From assembly GCF_036971445.1 (NCBI RefSeq), contig NC_091480.1:69130001-69194000 (forward strand): DNA of 64,000 nucleotides, written 5' to 3'. Source of the stretch: Narcine bancroftii (taxonomy: Eukaryota). The position numbers were made by a program, and so were the translations under genes. Shown here one piece after another: positions 22,889 through 35,305 of the stretch. The notes under the pieces were generated by a model. The model was not told the DNA's origin. It ran no database searches and saw only the letters and a program-made list of their open reading frames with translations. Numbering within the stretch: position 1 is the stretch's first letter; the number at the start of each line of letters is the position of its first letter.

Positions 22889-23953
22889 TTCTGTGGGACT
22901 GAGTCCACAGGGGCCAAGAAAGCCTCAGGTTCGATTAGTGATCAATGTGGAGTGAGCTAGTCTTTCAGAGGGGTTGGTCTGGAGGCCAGTACCAAAGGCA
23001 TGTGAAACAACTGTCCTAGTCAATAACAGGGTAAGGAAAGCACTGTATTGCTGATGTAAAGGGGGCAGGAGAAACATCTGGTGAGTAACAGGAGCACAGG
23101 AAACATCTATCCTGGTGAGTAACAGAGGCGATGGGAAGCATCTGGCCCAGTGGTGTTAATGTGGCTCGCTGTGAGTTTAAAATGACCGTGAAAACCTGAG
23201 TCATGATGTGTTAAAGAAATGCAGGAATTGGCGGCCCAGTAAGGAAAAGGAAGTTGGGAAAGAGAACTCTGGTGAGTCTTGTGAAGCTTAAAGGGATTTC
23301 CGGATTAACTTGAATGCTGGCGAGTTAATGGAACAGAGAAAACCGTGATCTAGTGAATGAAAGCAGCACATAGAAACATGGTCGTGCTGACTGTGGGAAA
23401 CAGAATCTTGGTGCAGGAAAGCAGGTTTAACAAAGAGGCTGTGAGGGGATCTGATCGAGGTATTTAGTGGGCAGAGAAGTTCCCATGGGCAGCACCAGGA
23501 CACATAGAATGGGGACGATTGGCAAAAGAGCCAGCTGGAAGTGCCATGAGGAAACAATGTTTCTCGACAGTGAGTGATTGGTCTAGTATATGTGCTGGGG
23601 AGGAGTGGAGACTCAATAGGGAAATGGATGAGTGTTTAAAAGAAGAGAGTTTGCAGGGCCACCAGGAGAAAGAAGGGAGTGGGATTGGCTGGATTATTCT
23701 AACAGCCATGATGGGGTGAATGGCCTCCTTCTATGCTCTAACTTTGTGGCATAATTATGGATTTTAAAAAACCTAACACCTTCAGGCATGCAGGAACAGT
23801 GGAGAGAGCAACCAGGTCTTGAGGTTTATAATTGGGAACAGAAAATCTCAGCGAGTGATTTTGTACAGTACTCTAGTCCTGTCCTATCTGGGGCGCCCAG
23901 TTCAGTTCTGATGGAAAGAAGCAACGTTCCCTTCAATGGGAGGCGAGTCATAC

Positions 23954-24038
23954 CTGGGATACGAGTCTCGATAGATGAGAGTGGGGCAGAACAAGAAGTA
24001 AAGGTAACAGGAGAATGTTGGCATCTGTAGGGCTCCAC
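23954..24038 (-). CDS. SOAT2: SOAT2 coding exon 8 ([28 protein letters not shown])
   Basis: 85 nt, AG/GT, phase 1 to 2; FLFCPTLIY is the SOAT2 form (SOAT1 has FLFAPTLIY). Confidence 0.95.
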
Positions 24039-24486
24039 CTACAAATAAGAAGGAAAATGAAGTAATTCTACGAACTGCTGCTTCATTCACTTTGAGCTCG
24101 GAGTTACAATGTGCCCATTTAAGACAGATTCCCAGTCTTGCAACTTCTTTTATATTGGGTCAGTTAAAAGAGGGGTTTCTATGTTGCCTGGTGTATTGTC
24201 TGGAAATATTGTTGGCAATTATCATGCATTTTTTTCCTCATAGAACAGTAGTAGATATTGTGTCAATAGTCCAGGCCATGGGTAGGAACGATCCAATGAC
24301 CCCCCTCACCCCTGGCTTCCATCTGTTGGCTGCATCTGAAGTGATGGAACAGCATTGGGGACAGTGGTGAGGAGTGAATACAATCTGGGTCAGAGTTGAC
24401 GTTGCTTCACCTGCCCTGTGACCACAGGAGATGCTCCACTTGCGCCCACACCTCCTCCCTCCCCACCATTCCAGCTCCCAAACAGT

Positions 24487-25365
24487 CACTGTGATTGTAG
24501 TAAAACACACACACAGTAAATGCTGGAGAAACCGTCTCGCAGCGTCCACAGGAGGTAAAAGATACATTACTGATGTTTCAGGTCTGAGTCCTTCTTCAAG
24601 GAATAAGCAAAGAACAGGAAGGGGTCAGGTTAAAGACTGAAGACTGGCCGGGGAAGGAGTCCAGACCAACAAAAGATGTTAGTTGGATATGATGAGAGGA
24701 GAGGTGAGAATTGATTTTGAGAGGAGACAGAGCTGGGGGAAAGGCAACAGGGGGAGGAAGAAGAAGAGGGGAGCAACACTTCACTTGTGAATCTGCAGGA
24801 GTTGTCTACTGCATCCGGTGCTCCCGCTGTGGTCTCCTCTACATCGGACACAGACTGGGAGATCACTTTGTTGCGCACCTTGGCTCTGTCTGCTGCAATA
24901 GTGGGGATCTCCCAGTAGCCGCCCATTTCAATTCCTGACCCATTTCCTTGCTGGCGTGTCTGTCCATGGTCTCATGCACCACCCACAAATTGGAGGAACA
25001 ACATCTCATCTTCCGACTAGGTACCCTCCAACCAGATGGCATTAATATCAACTTCTCCACTTTCCGTTAAACCTCCCCTCTTCTTCTTCCTCCCCCTGTT
25101 GCCTTTCCCCCAGCTCTGTCTCCTCTCAAAATCAATTCTCACCTCTCCTCTCATCATATCCAACTAACATCTTTTGTTGGTCTGGACTCCTTCCCCAGCC
25201 AGTCTTCAGTCTTTAACCTGACCCCTTCCTGTTCTTTGCTTATTCCTTGAAGAAGGACTCAGACCTGAAACATCAGTAATGTATCTTTTACCTCCTGTGG
25301 ACGCTGCGAGACCAGCTGGGTTCCTCCAGCATTTACTGTGTGTGTGTTTTACTACAATCACAGTG
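24487..25365 (+). mobile_element. Penelope-like element with about 290-bp inverted terminal repeats around a GIY-YIG fragment
   Basis: 24487-24773 is a near-perfect reverse complement of 25073-25365; the middle reads QHFTCESAGVVYCIRCSRCGLLYIG...PVAAHFNS. Confidence 0.85.
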
Positions 25366-25524
25366 TCTACAGACTTTTTCTCACCTACTGACTGTCTGGC
25401 TTCACACTGGTGTGAGATCCCAGTAGTTGATGCTTCAGGAATAGGTAGGAGAAAACTGAAAAGTCAGGCAAAGAAAGCCTTTTTAATCTCGCACTATAAA
25501 AAATAAACCAAGCATACTCCAGAA

Positions 25525-25735
25525 AAAGGGGGATTCACCACTTTATGAATACTCGCTTTACGAAAATTTGCTTTTACAAAGAGACTTGTGTCTGCTATGC
25601 GAAAGAAACTTGAATGGGTTTTCGCTTTTACGAAAATAGCCTTCAATTGTCGTGAATGGGTCTGCACTTTACGCTATTTTGGCTTCTGTAAGGATACATC
25701 GGAACACTAGTTTTGTAAAGCAGGGAATACCCGTA
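25525..25735. mobile_element. Tigger-like MITE remnant
   Basis: Repeated CGCTTTACGAAA motifs; right end TTTGTAAAGCAGGGAATACCCG followed by TA. Confidence 0.5.
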
Positions 25736-26010
25736 ATACCTTCTGATGCCTCGAGGTGGTGATAGATACCACAGAGAAACTTTCCCAGTCACGCACGCTA
25801 TCACTTTCATCAATGCCTTGAGGAAGGGCTCAGGCCTGAAACCTCAGTAATGTACCTTCACCTCCTGTGGACGCTGCGAGACCAGCCGAGTTCCTCAAGC
25901 ATTTACTGTGGTTTGACCCTGTGAGGGAGCAGGTCCCATACCCTGAGCTAGGTTTCAGCCGACAGTGAGGTGCATTTGTTGATGTAGATGGCTGTAAGTT
26001 GGAACCTTAC

Positions 26011-26086
26011 CTTCTGACAGTTTGACCTTCAATACTTTTGAAACGTTTTCCTGTATGTACGAGTAACTCTTCATTATTAAACGAAT
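26011..26086 (-). CDS. SOAT2: SOAT2 coding exon 7 (IRLIMKSYSYIQENVSKVLKVKLSE)
   Basis: 76 nt, TAG/GTAAG, phase 0 to 1; MKSYS motif. Confidence 0.92.
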
Positions 26087-27771
26087 CTAGGCAATAAAGA
26101 AATCCAATTGTCTATTACCCCAACCACCAGATTGTGGACTTGAATACATCAATTTAAATTTAAACATACAACACGGTAACAGGCCCTTTCAATACCGCCC
26201 GATTACACCCAACCCCTGCATGTTTTTGAAGGGTGGAAGGAAACCAGAGACCCCAGAGGAAACCCACGCTGACACGGAGAGAATGTACAAACTCTTGACA
26301 GACACCGCCGGATTCGAACCCTGGTCACTAGTGCTGTAACAGCATTGCACTAACCACCATGGTAACTGTGCCATTTTCAATGAGAAATTGGTCAAATCCT
26401 CTCTGCTCAGTGACAAAAGACAACACTGCTTCCAGATCAGTCCCCTTCACTCAGCCAGGCAGTTTCAGCTCAGTTTGGGAGACAGAAGCAGGTGGTTTTT
26501 TATTTTTATTTCCCTGCTAGAAAATGCAGCACATTGATGCAAAGTTGTGCTGAGGTGGACCGGATGAACGGAGTCCTGAAGAGATCTTTCTGCTCCAGTG
26601 CCCTGGGAGATGCCACGCTGTGTAGCACAGAGCTGAGCTCCTGCTCCAAAGTTACTTGCATCCTCCAGAACCAGAGAGGTGCCGGGAGAAGATGATTATG
26701 AGGAGGGAGAAACAGGGCCGGGGCAACATCCTGCCTCGTCAAGGCCAGTATCATGACTACACTCTCAGGGACAGCTGTTATATTTCAGCAAAGGGAAAAT
26801 TGAATGGGACTCCTGTTCCTCGGAGAATGAAGCAGCCTATGTATGGATGGCAGAAGAAAACATCCTGAAATGATCTGCCAAATACCACATAATGTACCCT
26901 CGTTTGAAGCTGTCAGCTACTGCGGTGATAGAGAGCTGAAGTACTTCCTTTGACATTCAATAGCATTACCATTGCCAAGACCTTACCATCAACATCTGGA
27001 GCTCGCTCTGTGGATGAACAGAAGGACCTTGGGGTCCAAATCCATACATCCCTTAGGGTTGAGAGGATAGTTAAGAAGGTCTATGGGATGTTGAGCTTCA
27101 TTCATAGGGGGATTGAATTCAGGAGTTATGAAGTGATATTGCAGCTTATAAATCTCTGGTGAGACCACACTTGGAGTATTGTGTTCAGTTCTAGTCACCT
27201 CATTACAGGAAGGGTGTGGAAGCTGTGGGGAGGGGGCAGGGGAGATTTACCAGGATGTTGCCTGGATTGGGAAATAAGTCTTATGAGGCAAGGTTAGCAG
27301 AGCTGGGACTTTTCTCTTTGGAGTGTAGAAGGATGAGAGGAGACTTAATAGAGATCTACAAGATTATGAGAGGTATAGATAGGGTGGACAGGCAGCGCCT
27401 GTTTCCCAGGGCAGGATCAGTAAACACCAGAGGACGTGTGTACAAAGTGAAGGGAGGGAGGTTTAGGGGAGACGTCAGGGGTAAGTTTTTTTACACAGAG
27501 AGTCGTGGGGACGTGGAATCCCTCGTCGGGGACGGTAGTGGAGGCTGGAACACTGGGGGCATTTAAGAGACTCAGGCAGATACACGGATGGAAGAAAAAT
27601 AGAGGGTTCTGGGGTAGGGAGGGTCTGGTATTTTTATGTAGGTATATATATGGGTCGGCACAATATCGAGGGCCTCACTGTGCTGCTGTGTTCCATGTTC
27701 TCACACAAAACCTAAGAAATGCAGGAAACAGGTCAGGCATCATCTGTGGGAAGGGAAGCAGAGTTAATGGT

Positions 27772-27985
27772 TGTGATAGTACAGATTCTATCACCAGATG
27801 GTAGTGTAGGATGACTGTGATTGGCTGAGAGTGTAGCTACACCTACTGGCAGGTCTTAAAGGGTTGCTCCTAGCCAGAGCAGGTCATTCTGGACTGGTCG
27901 ACCTACTTGTGATATGCTCCAGTCTTCTAGTTAATAAAAGCCTTGGTTTGGATCAACGTCTTTGGTTCTTTCGACGCGGTCTACA
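27772..27985 (+). mobile_element. Short solo LTR (214 bp)
   Basis: TGT...ACA termini; 5-bp TSD ATGGT (27767-27771) / ACGGT (27986-27990); internal ATTGG, TATA-like CTTAAA and AATAAA. Confidence 0.7.
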
Positions 27986-29220
27986 ACGGTTAGGTTCGGA
28001 GGTCCTTCAACTGACACAGAGCTGTCTGATCTGCTGAGTCTGGTTTAGTGTTAGATTTCCAGCATCTGAAGCCACTGACCAGAGACCAGCAACATAAATA
28101 CTGTGGCTTCAAGAGCAGATCAGAGGCTGAGTATCCTACCGTAAGTGACTCACCTCCTGACACCCGAAAGGCCTTTACCACCAAGCACAGCAACTTACCA
28201 AGGTTCTGGCAGAAACCTCCACATCTGCCACCAAAAAGAACAACGGCAGGAAGTGCAGAGGGGGCACCACCACCTGCTGGTTCCCTTTCCAACAGAGGGG
28301 GGGATTAACATCCAGGCCCATGGGGGCCTGCCTAGGGACCCCCCCCCCCCCCCGATAAAACAGCAGAACTGTGCAAAGAACTGCGGGGACAGGCAATTTG
28401 GTTTAACTGAACCATTTCAGAGGGGAGTCAGCTATATTCCTATGGGACTGGAGCCAATTGGTTTAAGGTGTGTGTTGTGGGGGGGCGGTGGATGTGGGTG
28501 GAAGGGATTTAATCAGAACCTGAGGAGTAATGTTTTTACACAGAGGATGGTGGGTGTGTGGAACAGGCCACCGGAAGAGGGGGCAATGTTTAAGAAATAT
28601 TTGGACGGATCCATGGATAGGATGGGTTTAGAGATATATAGGGCAGGTGGGACCAGTGCGGGGGGGGGGGGGCAGGGGGGAGGACATTTGGTTTAGAGGA
28701 ATATGGGCTGAATGCAAGCAGGTGGAACCAGTGTGGGGGGGAAATGCATTTTGGTCAGCATGTGCCGATTGAGCAAAAAGGCCTGTGTGGCTCTGTGATT
28801 GGGTGAAGACTGCAGTTCAGCTTCTTTTGAGGACATTAGTGAATCAGATGCGTGGTTTTTTTCAAGTTCGTTTATGTTTATTGTCACCTGATTGTACAAG
28901 TACAACCCAACAGAACAGCGTTCTCCAGTCCTCACTGCAAACACATGCAGACACACACCCAGACATATCACATGTACAGAGAAACAATGCACATTTAGGA
29001 CAAGTATTTCATCTATACTAATAAATTAAAAAATAGCTTAGTTAAACAGTCCAATGGTTTTATAGTCACTATTACTGAGATTAACTGTTTATTCCCTGTT
29101 AGTGAATTGAATTTACGTTCCTCAGTTGTCACCCAATCCTCATTGGCTCTCTGATCTACTGGTGGACATTTAATCAGCAAACCCACACAATGTGGACAAG
29201 GTAAGAGCTGCGGGCTGTAC

Positions 29221-29503
29221 CTGTTCCAGTATCACAATGAACCTTGAAGCTGGAGGCAGCTCGTAGTGAATGACGATGTAGATCGGATAGAATCCAAGGA
29301 CAGCGACTTGACACAGCAAAAGGACCGACACAAGGGCCAGTGTAGCCAGGAAAGGGTATCTGACCAGATGAGATGAAGTTCCCCACAAATCTAGAGCTTT
29401 GTACGGCACGATCAGAGTGTAGAGGAATAGGCAAATCCAGGCAGCAAACACCCTGGGCAACTTTCCAAAAGCATAAACCAGCAGGTCAAATTCAAGGATT
29501 AGC
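29221..29503 (-). CDS. SOAT2: SOAT2 coding exon 6 (LILEFDLLVYAFGKLP...ELPPASRFIVILEQ)
   Basis: 283 nt, AG/GT, phase 2 to 0; LPPASR motif. Confidence 0.95.
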
Positions 29504-30283
29504 CTAAAGGAGGAAAATAACCAAGATAAACACCCATCTCCAGACATCTTAGGCCGCCGAATACCAGACAAGGTGTTGACAAAAGACTTGAAATTTTATT
29601 TACAGCACAGCAGAAGCTGATTCTGGCCGTTTAAACCTGTACCACCCCAATTACATCCAAGTAATCCTCCCCCCCTCCCCCCCAGTACATTTGGAAAGGA
29701 GGGAGGAAACCAGAGCCCCCAGAGGAAACCCACACAGACACGGGGAGAACGTACAAACCCCTTACAGACAGCGCAGAATTTGAACCCCAGTCCTGATCGC
29801 TGGCGTGTGCTAACCATTACGCTTACCCTGCTGCCCAATAGAGTGTCCATATGTAAAGCCCCTAAACACAGCAATTAGATTGCACTGTGTGACCCACTCC
29901 CAGGGATCTGTAATTCTATATGTAAATCCCTCAAATATTTGGATTAAATCTCAGCCTCTGACGCACCCCCCGGGGATCTGTTATTCTATATATAACATCT
30001 CCCCAACCCTTGGATTATCATCCTTTGCCTGCCTGAGATTGATTTGCCCATGCCAGCCTGCCCAGTAATGCCAGGGAAGGGCTTGCCCACTCAAATACAC
30101 TCCAATTTGGAGACAGCAGCTAATTCCAGACCACAGACTGCACAGACCGCATAAAGGAGCTGTGTTCAGTGTGACCCCCCTCAGCCGATGGGCAGCTGTG
30201 CACCAGCCAGGCACACTGGACTCTGTTACGGGCTCTGTGTCTGGGATGTCTGTCACAGCCATTCCCCACATCTGTGCTCTCAC

Positions 30284-30391
30284 CTGCCTTCATCAATGAA
30301 CTCTACCGCCATTGTGCTGACAACAAAGACAACCAAGAGAGCGATGAACATGTGATATATCGTCTGAATGTGGGGACTCTCAAACAGTTCA
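30284..30391 (-). CDS. SOAT2: SOAT2 coding exon 5 ([36 protein letters not shown])
   Basis: 108 nt, AG/GT, phase 2 to 2; TIYHMFIA motif. Confidence 0.95.
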
Positions 30392-31707
30392 CTGTAAAAG
30401 AAGAGATGCAGTGATCAGGCTCATACGCAGAGCAACACCTGGATGAGGGTTTCCCATGAACAATTATCGAGTGATCCTGTTCTCTATCCAAGGATGTTCT
30501 CTTTTTTTAATAATTTTTTATTTATCACTTCACCGTAAACATATCAATAACAACATATACAAATATTCATCGTTAAAATTCATCCAAGGATGTTCTGATG
30601 CTTCTGGCCTGCTATCCATTTAGGTCACCGTCAACCTCTCCTGGTACAGCCCACAGTCAGACTGACATCTCAGTGTAATACAGGATCACCCTGTTGGAGA
30701 GGTGGGACTGAGTGTCACCCTGTCAGAAGGCTGGTACTGAGGGAGTGTTGAGAGTCAGAAGGGGGAGGTGATACGTGAGTGAGTGTCAATATTGAGGGCA
30801 TGCGATCCTTTCGGAGGGGGTTATACTGAGGGGAGCAAAGTTATCTGTCGATTGATGGATTGTTGTTTGTGGGATCATGCTGTGCACCGGTTGCCGGCCA
30901 TGTTACCAGAGTGAGCACACTTCAATGCTGCCATTTGTCCGCCATTCTATCCTAAGACTGTGCAGGCTGTTCACCTTGGGAGCTGCTCTGAAAGTTCAAA
31001 AGCTCTACATGAAGGAGCTGGTGATTCCACACACATCGATAGGGATAGAAAATTCCAGGCCATTCTCTCTATCACTCTCTCTCTCTCACTCACTCTCTCT
31101 CTCTCACTCTCTAACTCTCTCTCTTTACCTCTTTCTTTCTCTCTCTCCCTTCCCTTTCTATCGCTCTCCCTCTCTTTCTTTCTCTCACTTTTTATCTTTT
31201 TCTCTGTCTCTCATCCCCCTCGCTCTCTCCCCTTCCCCTTCCCCTTTTCCCTCCCTTTCTTGACCTCTCTCTCTCTCACCCCCCTTGTTCTACCCTTCCC
31301 CCCCTCTCTCTCTCTCTCTCTCTCCCCTCCCCGTCTCTAGCACAGAGCACAGGAGAATTTTTTCATTTTTTTCTTTTTTGCGTTCAGATCTTGCACCTTT
31401 GTGCAGGATGCCAGGGCAGGTTTTATGCAACCTGATGAAAAGACTTCAACCTGAAACATTTGCTTTGTTTCTCTTCTCCACAGCTGCTACCTGACTTGCT
31501 ACAGACGCCCCTCTTGCCCACTGAAGGTTGTGTAAAAATCTAATTGATGCTCATGGTAACATTGTACACTGTAAAACTGTACACAGCAACACTGTACATT
31601 GTAACATTGCTCACAGTAGCATTATGCCAGAACACTGCTCACAATAACACACCACTCACAGTGACCCTGCACGCAATACGATCACACAGTTATACTTTTG
31701 TACTTAC

Positions 31708-31767
31708 TCAAGGATTGAGCGACGATTCACGAAGACTTTTCCTTTCTCTGTTGCAAATTTCTTGCCC
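31708..31767 (-). CDS. SOAT2: SOAT2 coding exon 4 (GKKFATEKGKVFVNRRSILD)
   Basis: 60 nt, AAG/GTAAGT, phase 2 to 2; KVF..RRS.LD motif. Confidence 0.88.
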   Translation of the reverse strand, partial: GQEICNRERKSLRESSLNP

Positions 31768-31932
31768 CTTGGGACAAAGATGATGTTATTAAATGAATAC
31801 CCACCTCATTGGCAATATTTAACACTGCAACTCTGTACAAGATACCGAGCAAGAGGGAGAGGCACATATTCTGTGAATGTAAAGGGAGCAAGAGATCCAA
31901 GGAAAAGACACCTGCACTCACATATATACATA

Positions 31933-32134
31933 NNNNNNNNNNNNNNNNNNNNNNNNNNNNNNNNNNNNNNNNNNNNNNNNNNNNNNNNNNNNNNNNNNNN
32001 NNNNNNNNNNNNNNNNNNNNNNNNNNNNNNNNNNNNNNNNNNNNNNNNNNNNNNNNNNNNNNNNNNNNNNNNNNNNNNNNNNNNNNNNNNNNNNNNNNNN
32101 NNNNNNNNNNNNNNNNNNNNNNNNNNNNNNNNNN
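31933..32134. other. Assembly gap (N run) adjoining a (CA)n microsatellite (32135-32222)
   Basis: 202 N bases within the intron between SOAT2 coding exons 3 and 4. Confidence 0.99.
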
Positions 32135-32171
32135 CACACAGACAGACACATACAAACACAAGACACACAGA

Positions 32172-32224
<53 letters not shown>

Positions 32225-32692
32225 ATAGTAACATTTTTTCTCTTTTTTAATCAAAGATAAAGAGAGGGGGCCAGCAAGGGGCACAGAATGGATTTCTGCT
32301 GGGCCATGTGTGACAGACCCATGTCAGATGCATCTGTGCTGCAGCCTCAGACAGAATGACAGGCCAATTCTTCCCAAAGCCACACAGATCACCCACCATA
32401 CCCCTGCCTGAAGGCCCTGTTCCCCGCAGTGAACTGCTGTGATGGCACCCTGAAGTTCTCGCCCCCCCATCTCGGGGTGAGGTCTCAGTCAGGACCAGTC
32501 TTCCGTGTGGTGGATGCCTGCACCGTTTATGGAAATAACTACATCTCTGGTGAGAAACGGTCAGAGTTGACTGAAAACTTGCAGTCCTGTCCCACCACAT
32601 CTCCAATGACAGAGGAACTTCAGGTCCAATGTGTTTGTGAGGTTTCTGGATATTAATTGGCTGTAGTCATGGTCCGAGCAGCCAGATTACAA

Positions 32693-33412
32693 GAACATAA
32701 AGATAAGAACGTCAGAAACAGGAGCAGGAGTTGGCCATCCTGCCCGTCGAGCCCGCTCCACCATTCAATGAGATCATGGCTGATCTGATGATCAGCTCAT
32801 CTCCACCGACCTGCCTTTTCCCCATATCACTTAATTCCCCGACTATGTAAACATTTATCCAACCTTGTCTTAAATATATTTTCTGAGGTCGCCTCCACTG
32901 CTTCAATGGGCAGCGAATTCCACAGATTCCCCACACTCCGGGAAAAGCAGTTCCTCCTCATCTCCATCCTAAATCTACTCCCCTGGATCTTGAGGCCATG
33001 TCCCCTCATTCTGGTCTCCCCCACCAATGGAAACAACTTACCTACCTCTATCTCATCTATGCCTTTCATCCCCTTGCATTCTTCTAAATTCCAGCGAGTC
33101 CAGTCACAGATGATTCAATCTCTCTTCAAAGGCCGACCCCCTCATCTCTGGAATCGCCCTGGTGAACCCCCTCTGGACCCCCTCCAAAGCCAGTCCATCC
33201 TTCCTCAAGTAAGGAGACCAGAAGTGCACGCAATTCTCCAGATGCAGCCTCACCAGGACCTTGTACAGTTGCAGCACAACCTCCCTGCTCCTAAATTCAA
33301 TCCCTCCAGCAATGATGGCCAACGTTCCATTTGTCTCCTTGATAGCCTGCTGCACCTGCAAACCAACCTTCTGTTATTCATGCACAAGCCCTCCCAGGAC
33401 CTCCTGCAGCAG
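32693..33412 (-). mobile_element. CR1 LINE 3' fragment (different subfamily)
   Basis: LQLYKVLVRLHLENCVHFWSPYLRKD...LFPLVGETR.RGH.LKI; the 3' tail ends in GTTCTTATC-like repeats. Confidence 0.85.
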
Positions 33413-33468
33413 CAGTGAATTCCTCTCACTAACTCAACAGAAGGAAATAAAACTCTTTCTGCACATAC

Positions 33469-33605
33469 CTGATTGTGTGTCCTGACTCCTGAGACTTTGT
33501 CACTTGTTTATACTGGGAATAGGACTCAATGGTTACTTCTATGGCTTTGTCTAGCAGCTCGCTCAGGTGACCTTTGAACTGATCCAATAATTCTAGTTTC
33601 ATACC
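33469..33605 (-). CDS. SOAT2: SOAT2 coding exon 3 (GMKLELLDQFKGHLSELLDKAIEVTIESYSQYKQVTKSQESGHTIR)
   Basis: 137 nt, TAG/GTATG, phase 0 to 2; aligns with human [29 protein letters not shown]. Confidence 0.88.
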
Positions 33606-34359
33606 CTAGGTCAGAGACAAAACAAATGTTTCTATCAATGTGAGTTGAAACGCTGTGGCCACAGGCATCCTGGTCATGGATAATGTCCTCACAGGAACCA
33701 GGTAACATTGCCACAGGCAATCTCGTGACGCAGTGCAGATGCTGGAATCTGAAGCTAAACATCTGCGGGTTAAACAGTGTCAGTGAGAGGAAAAGAACAG
33801 TTGACACTTTGAGCCAAAAACCTTTCTCAAAAATAGGGAAATGTGAAGGGGACAGGGTGAGAGGGCAAGACAGGAGCCCTGTGTGTGATTGGTGAACCAT
33901 GGAGAGGTGAAACATGACAGACAAAGGCAGTTCACTGGCGGACACCGGACAAAGAGAAAGAGAGACAAGAAAAACAATGTTCCCTCCCTTCCCCATCCCT
34001 CCGTCTCCTTCCCTCCAGCTCTTCTCCCCCTCCCCTCTCCATTCGCAGAATAATCCCTCCTGCCATTCAATAGGCCTTGTGGTCTGATAGCTGATGCCAC
34101 TTTCTTGCACTAACCCTGAATTCTCTCAGCAGCCAAACATCTATCAATCTCTATATCAAATGTACTCAATGACTGGGCTTCTCCTTAGGATGGAGAATTC
34201 CAAAGATTCACTCCCCTCTGGATGAAGAGACTTCCCCTCATCTCTATCCAAAATAGCTGACCCTTAATTCTGAAACAGTGACCCCTGGCTCTACAAACTC
34301 CAGCCATGGAATAAACATCGCCTTCTTTCACCTAAATGTGGCTAAACCATAAAACAATA

Positions 34360-35305
34360 GAATATTACAACACAGAAACAGGCCCTTTGGCCCTTCTAGT
34401 CTGTGCCAAACTATTATTCTGCTAGTCCCACTGACCTGCACCCAGTCCATAGCCCTCCATACCTCTCCCATCCATGTACCTGTACAAATTCTTCTTAACC
34501 GTTAAAATTGAGCCCGCATTCACCACCACAACTGGCAGCTCATTCCACATCCCCACCACTCTGTGTGTGAAGAAGTTTCCCCTAAATTTTTCCCCCGTCA
34601 CCTTTAACCCATGTCCTCTGGTTATCAGTATGAAAAAGCTGACCTACATTTACACTGTCTATTTCCCTCATAATTTTAAATACTTTTATCAAATCTCCCC
34701 TCATTCTTCTATTCTCTAGGGCAGGGGTGGTCAACCTTTTAATTTTAATTTTTTAATTGAGACATACAGCATGGTAACAGGCCATGTCAGCCCATGAGTC
34801 CATGCTGGGGGTGAAAGTTAATTGGGTGGCATGGACTCATGGGCTGACATGGCCTGTTACCGTGCTGTATGTCTCAATTAAAAATTAAAAAATAAAAAGG
34901 TTAGCCACCTTTTCTAGGGAATAAAGTCCTAAATACCTCTATTAAATCTCCCCTCATTTTTCTACACTCCAGGGAATAAAGTCCTAACCTGTTTAACCTT
35001 TCCCTGTAACTCAGTTCCTGAAGTCCGGGCAACATCCTAGTAAATCTTCTCTACCCTCTTTCTATCTTATTGATATCTTTCCTGTCGTTTAGTGACCAAA
35101 ACTGCACACAATACTCCAAATTTGGCCTCAACAATGTCTTGTACAACTTTACCATAGCATCCCAACTCCTGTACTCAGTACTTGGATTTATGAAGGCCAA
35201 TATGCCAAAAGCTCTCTTGACAACCCTATCCACCTGTGACACCAGTTTCAGCGAATTATGTATCTGAATTCCCAGATCCCTCTGTTCTACTGCACTCCTC
35301 AGTGT
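34360..35305 (-). mobile_element. CR1 LINE 3' fragment hosting a hairpin MITE
   Basis: QVDRVVKRAFGILAFIN...KLYKTLLRPNLEYCVQFWS; same family as the 3117-3962 copy. Confidence 0.85.
34722..34911. mobile_element. Palindromic hAT-type MITE whose arms are SINE 3' tails
   Basis: Left TIR CAGGGGTGGTCAACCTTTT, right AAAAGGTTAGCCACCTT; 8-bp TSD CTCTAGGG/TTCTAGGG; about 55-bp internal inverted arms with one mismatch. Confidence 0.75.

Noticed and set aside
31727-32284. ORFs spanning the N run
   Set aside because: Artefacts of the assembly gap and the CA microsatellite.
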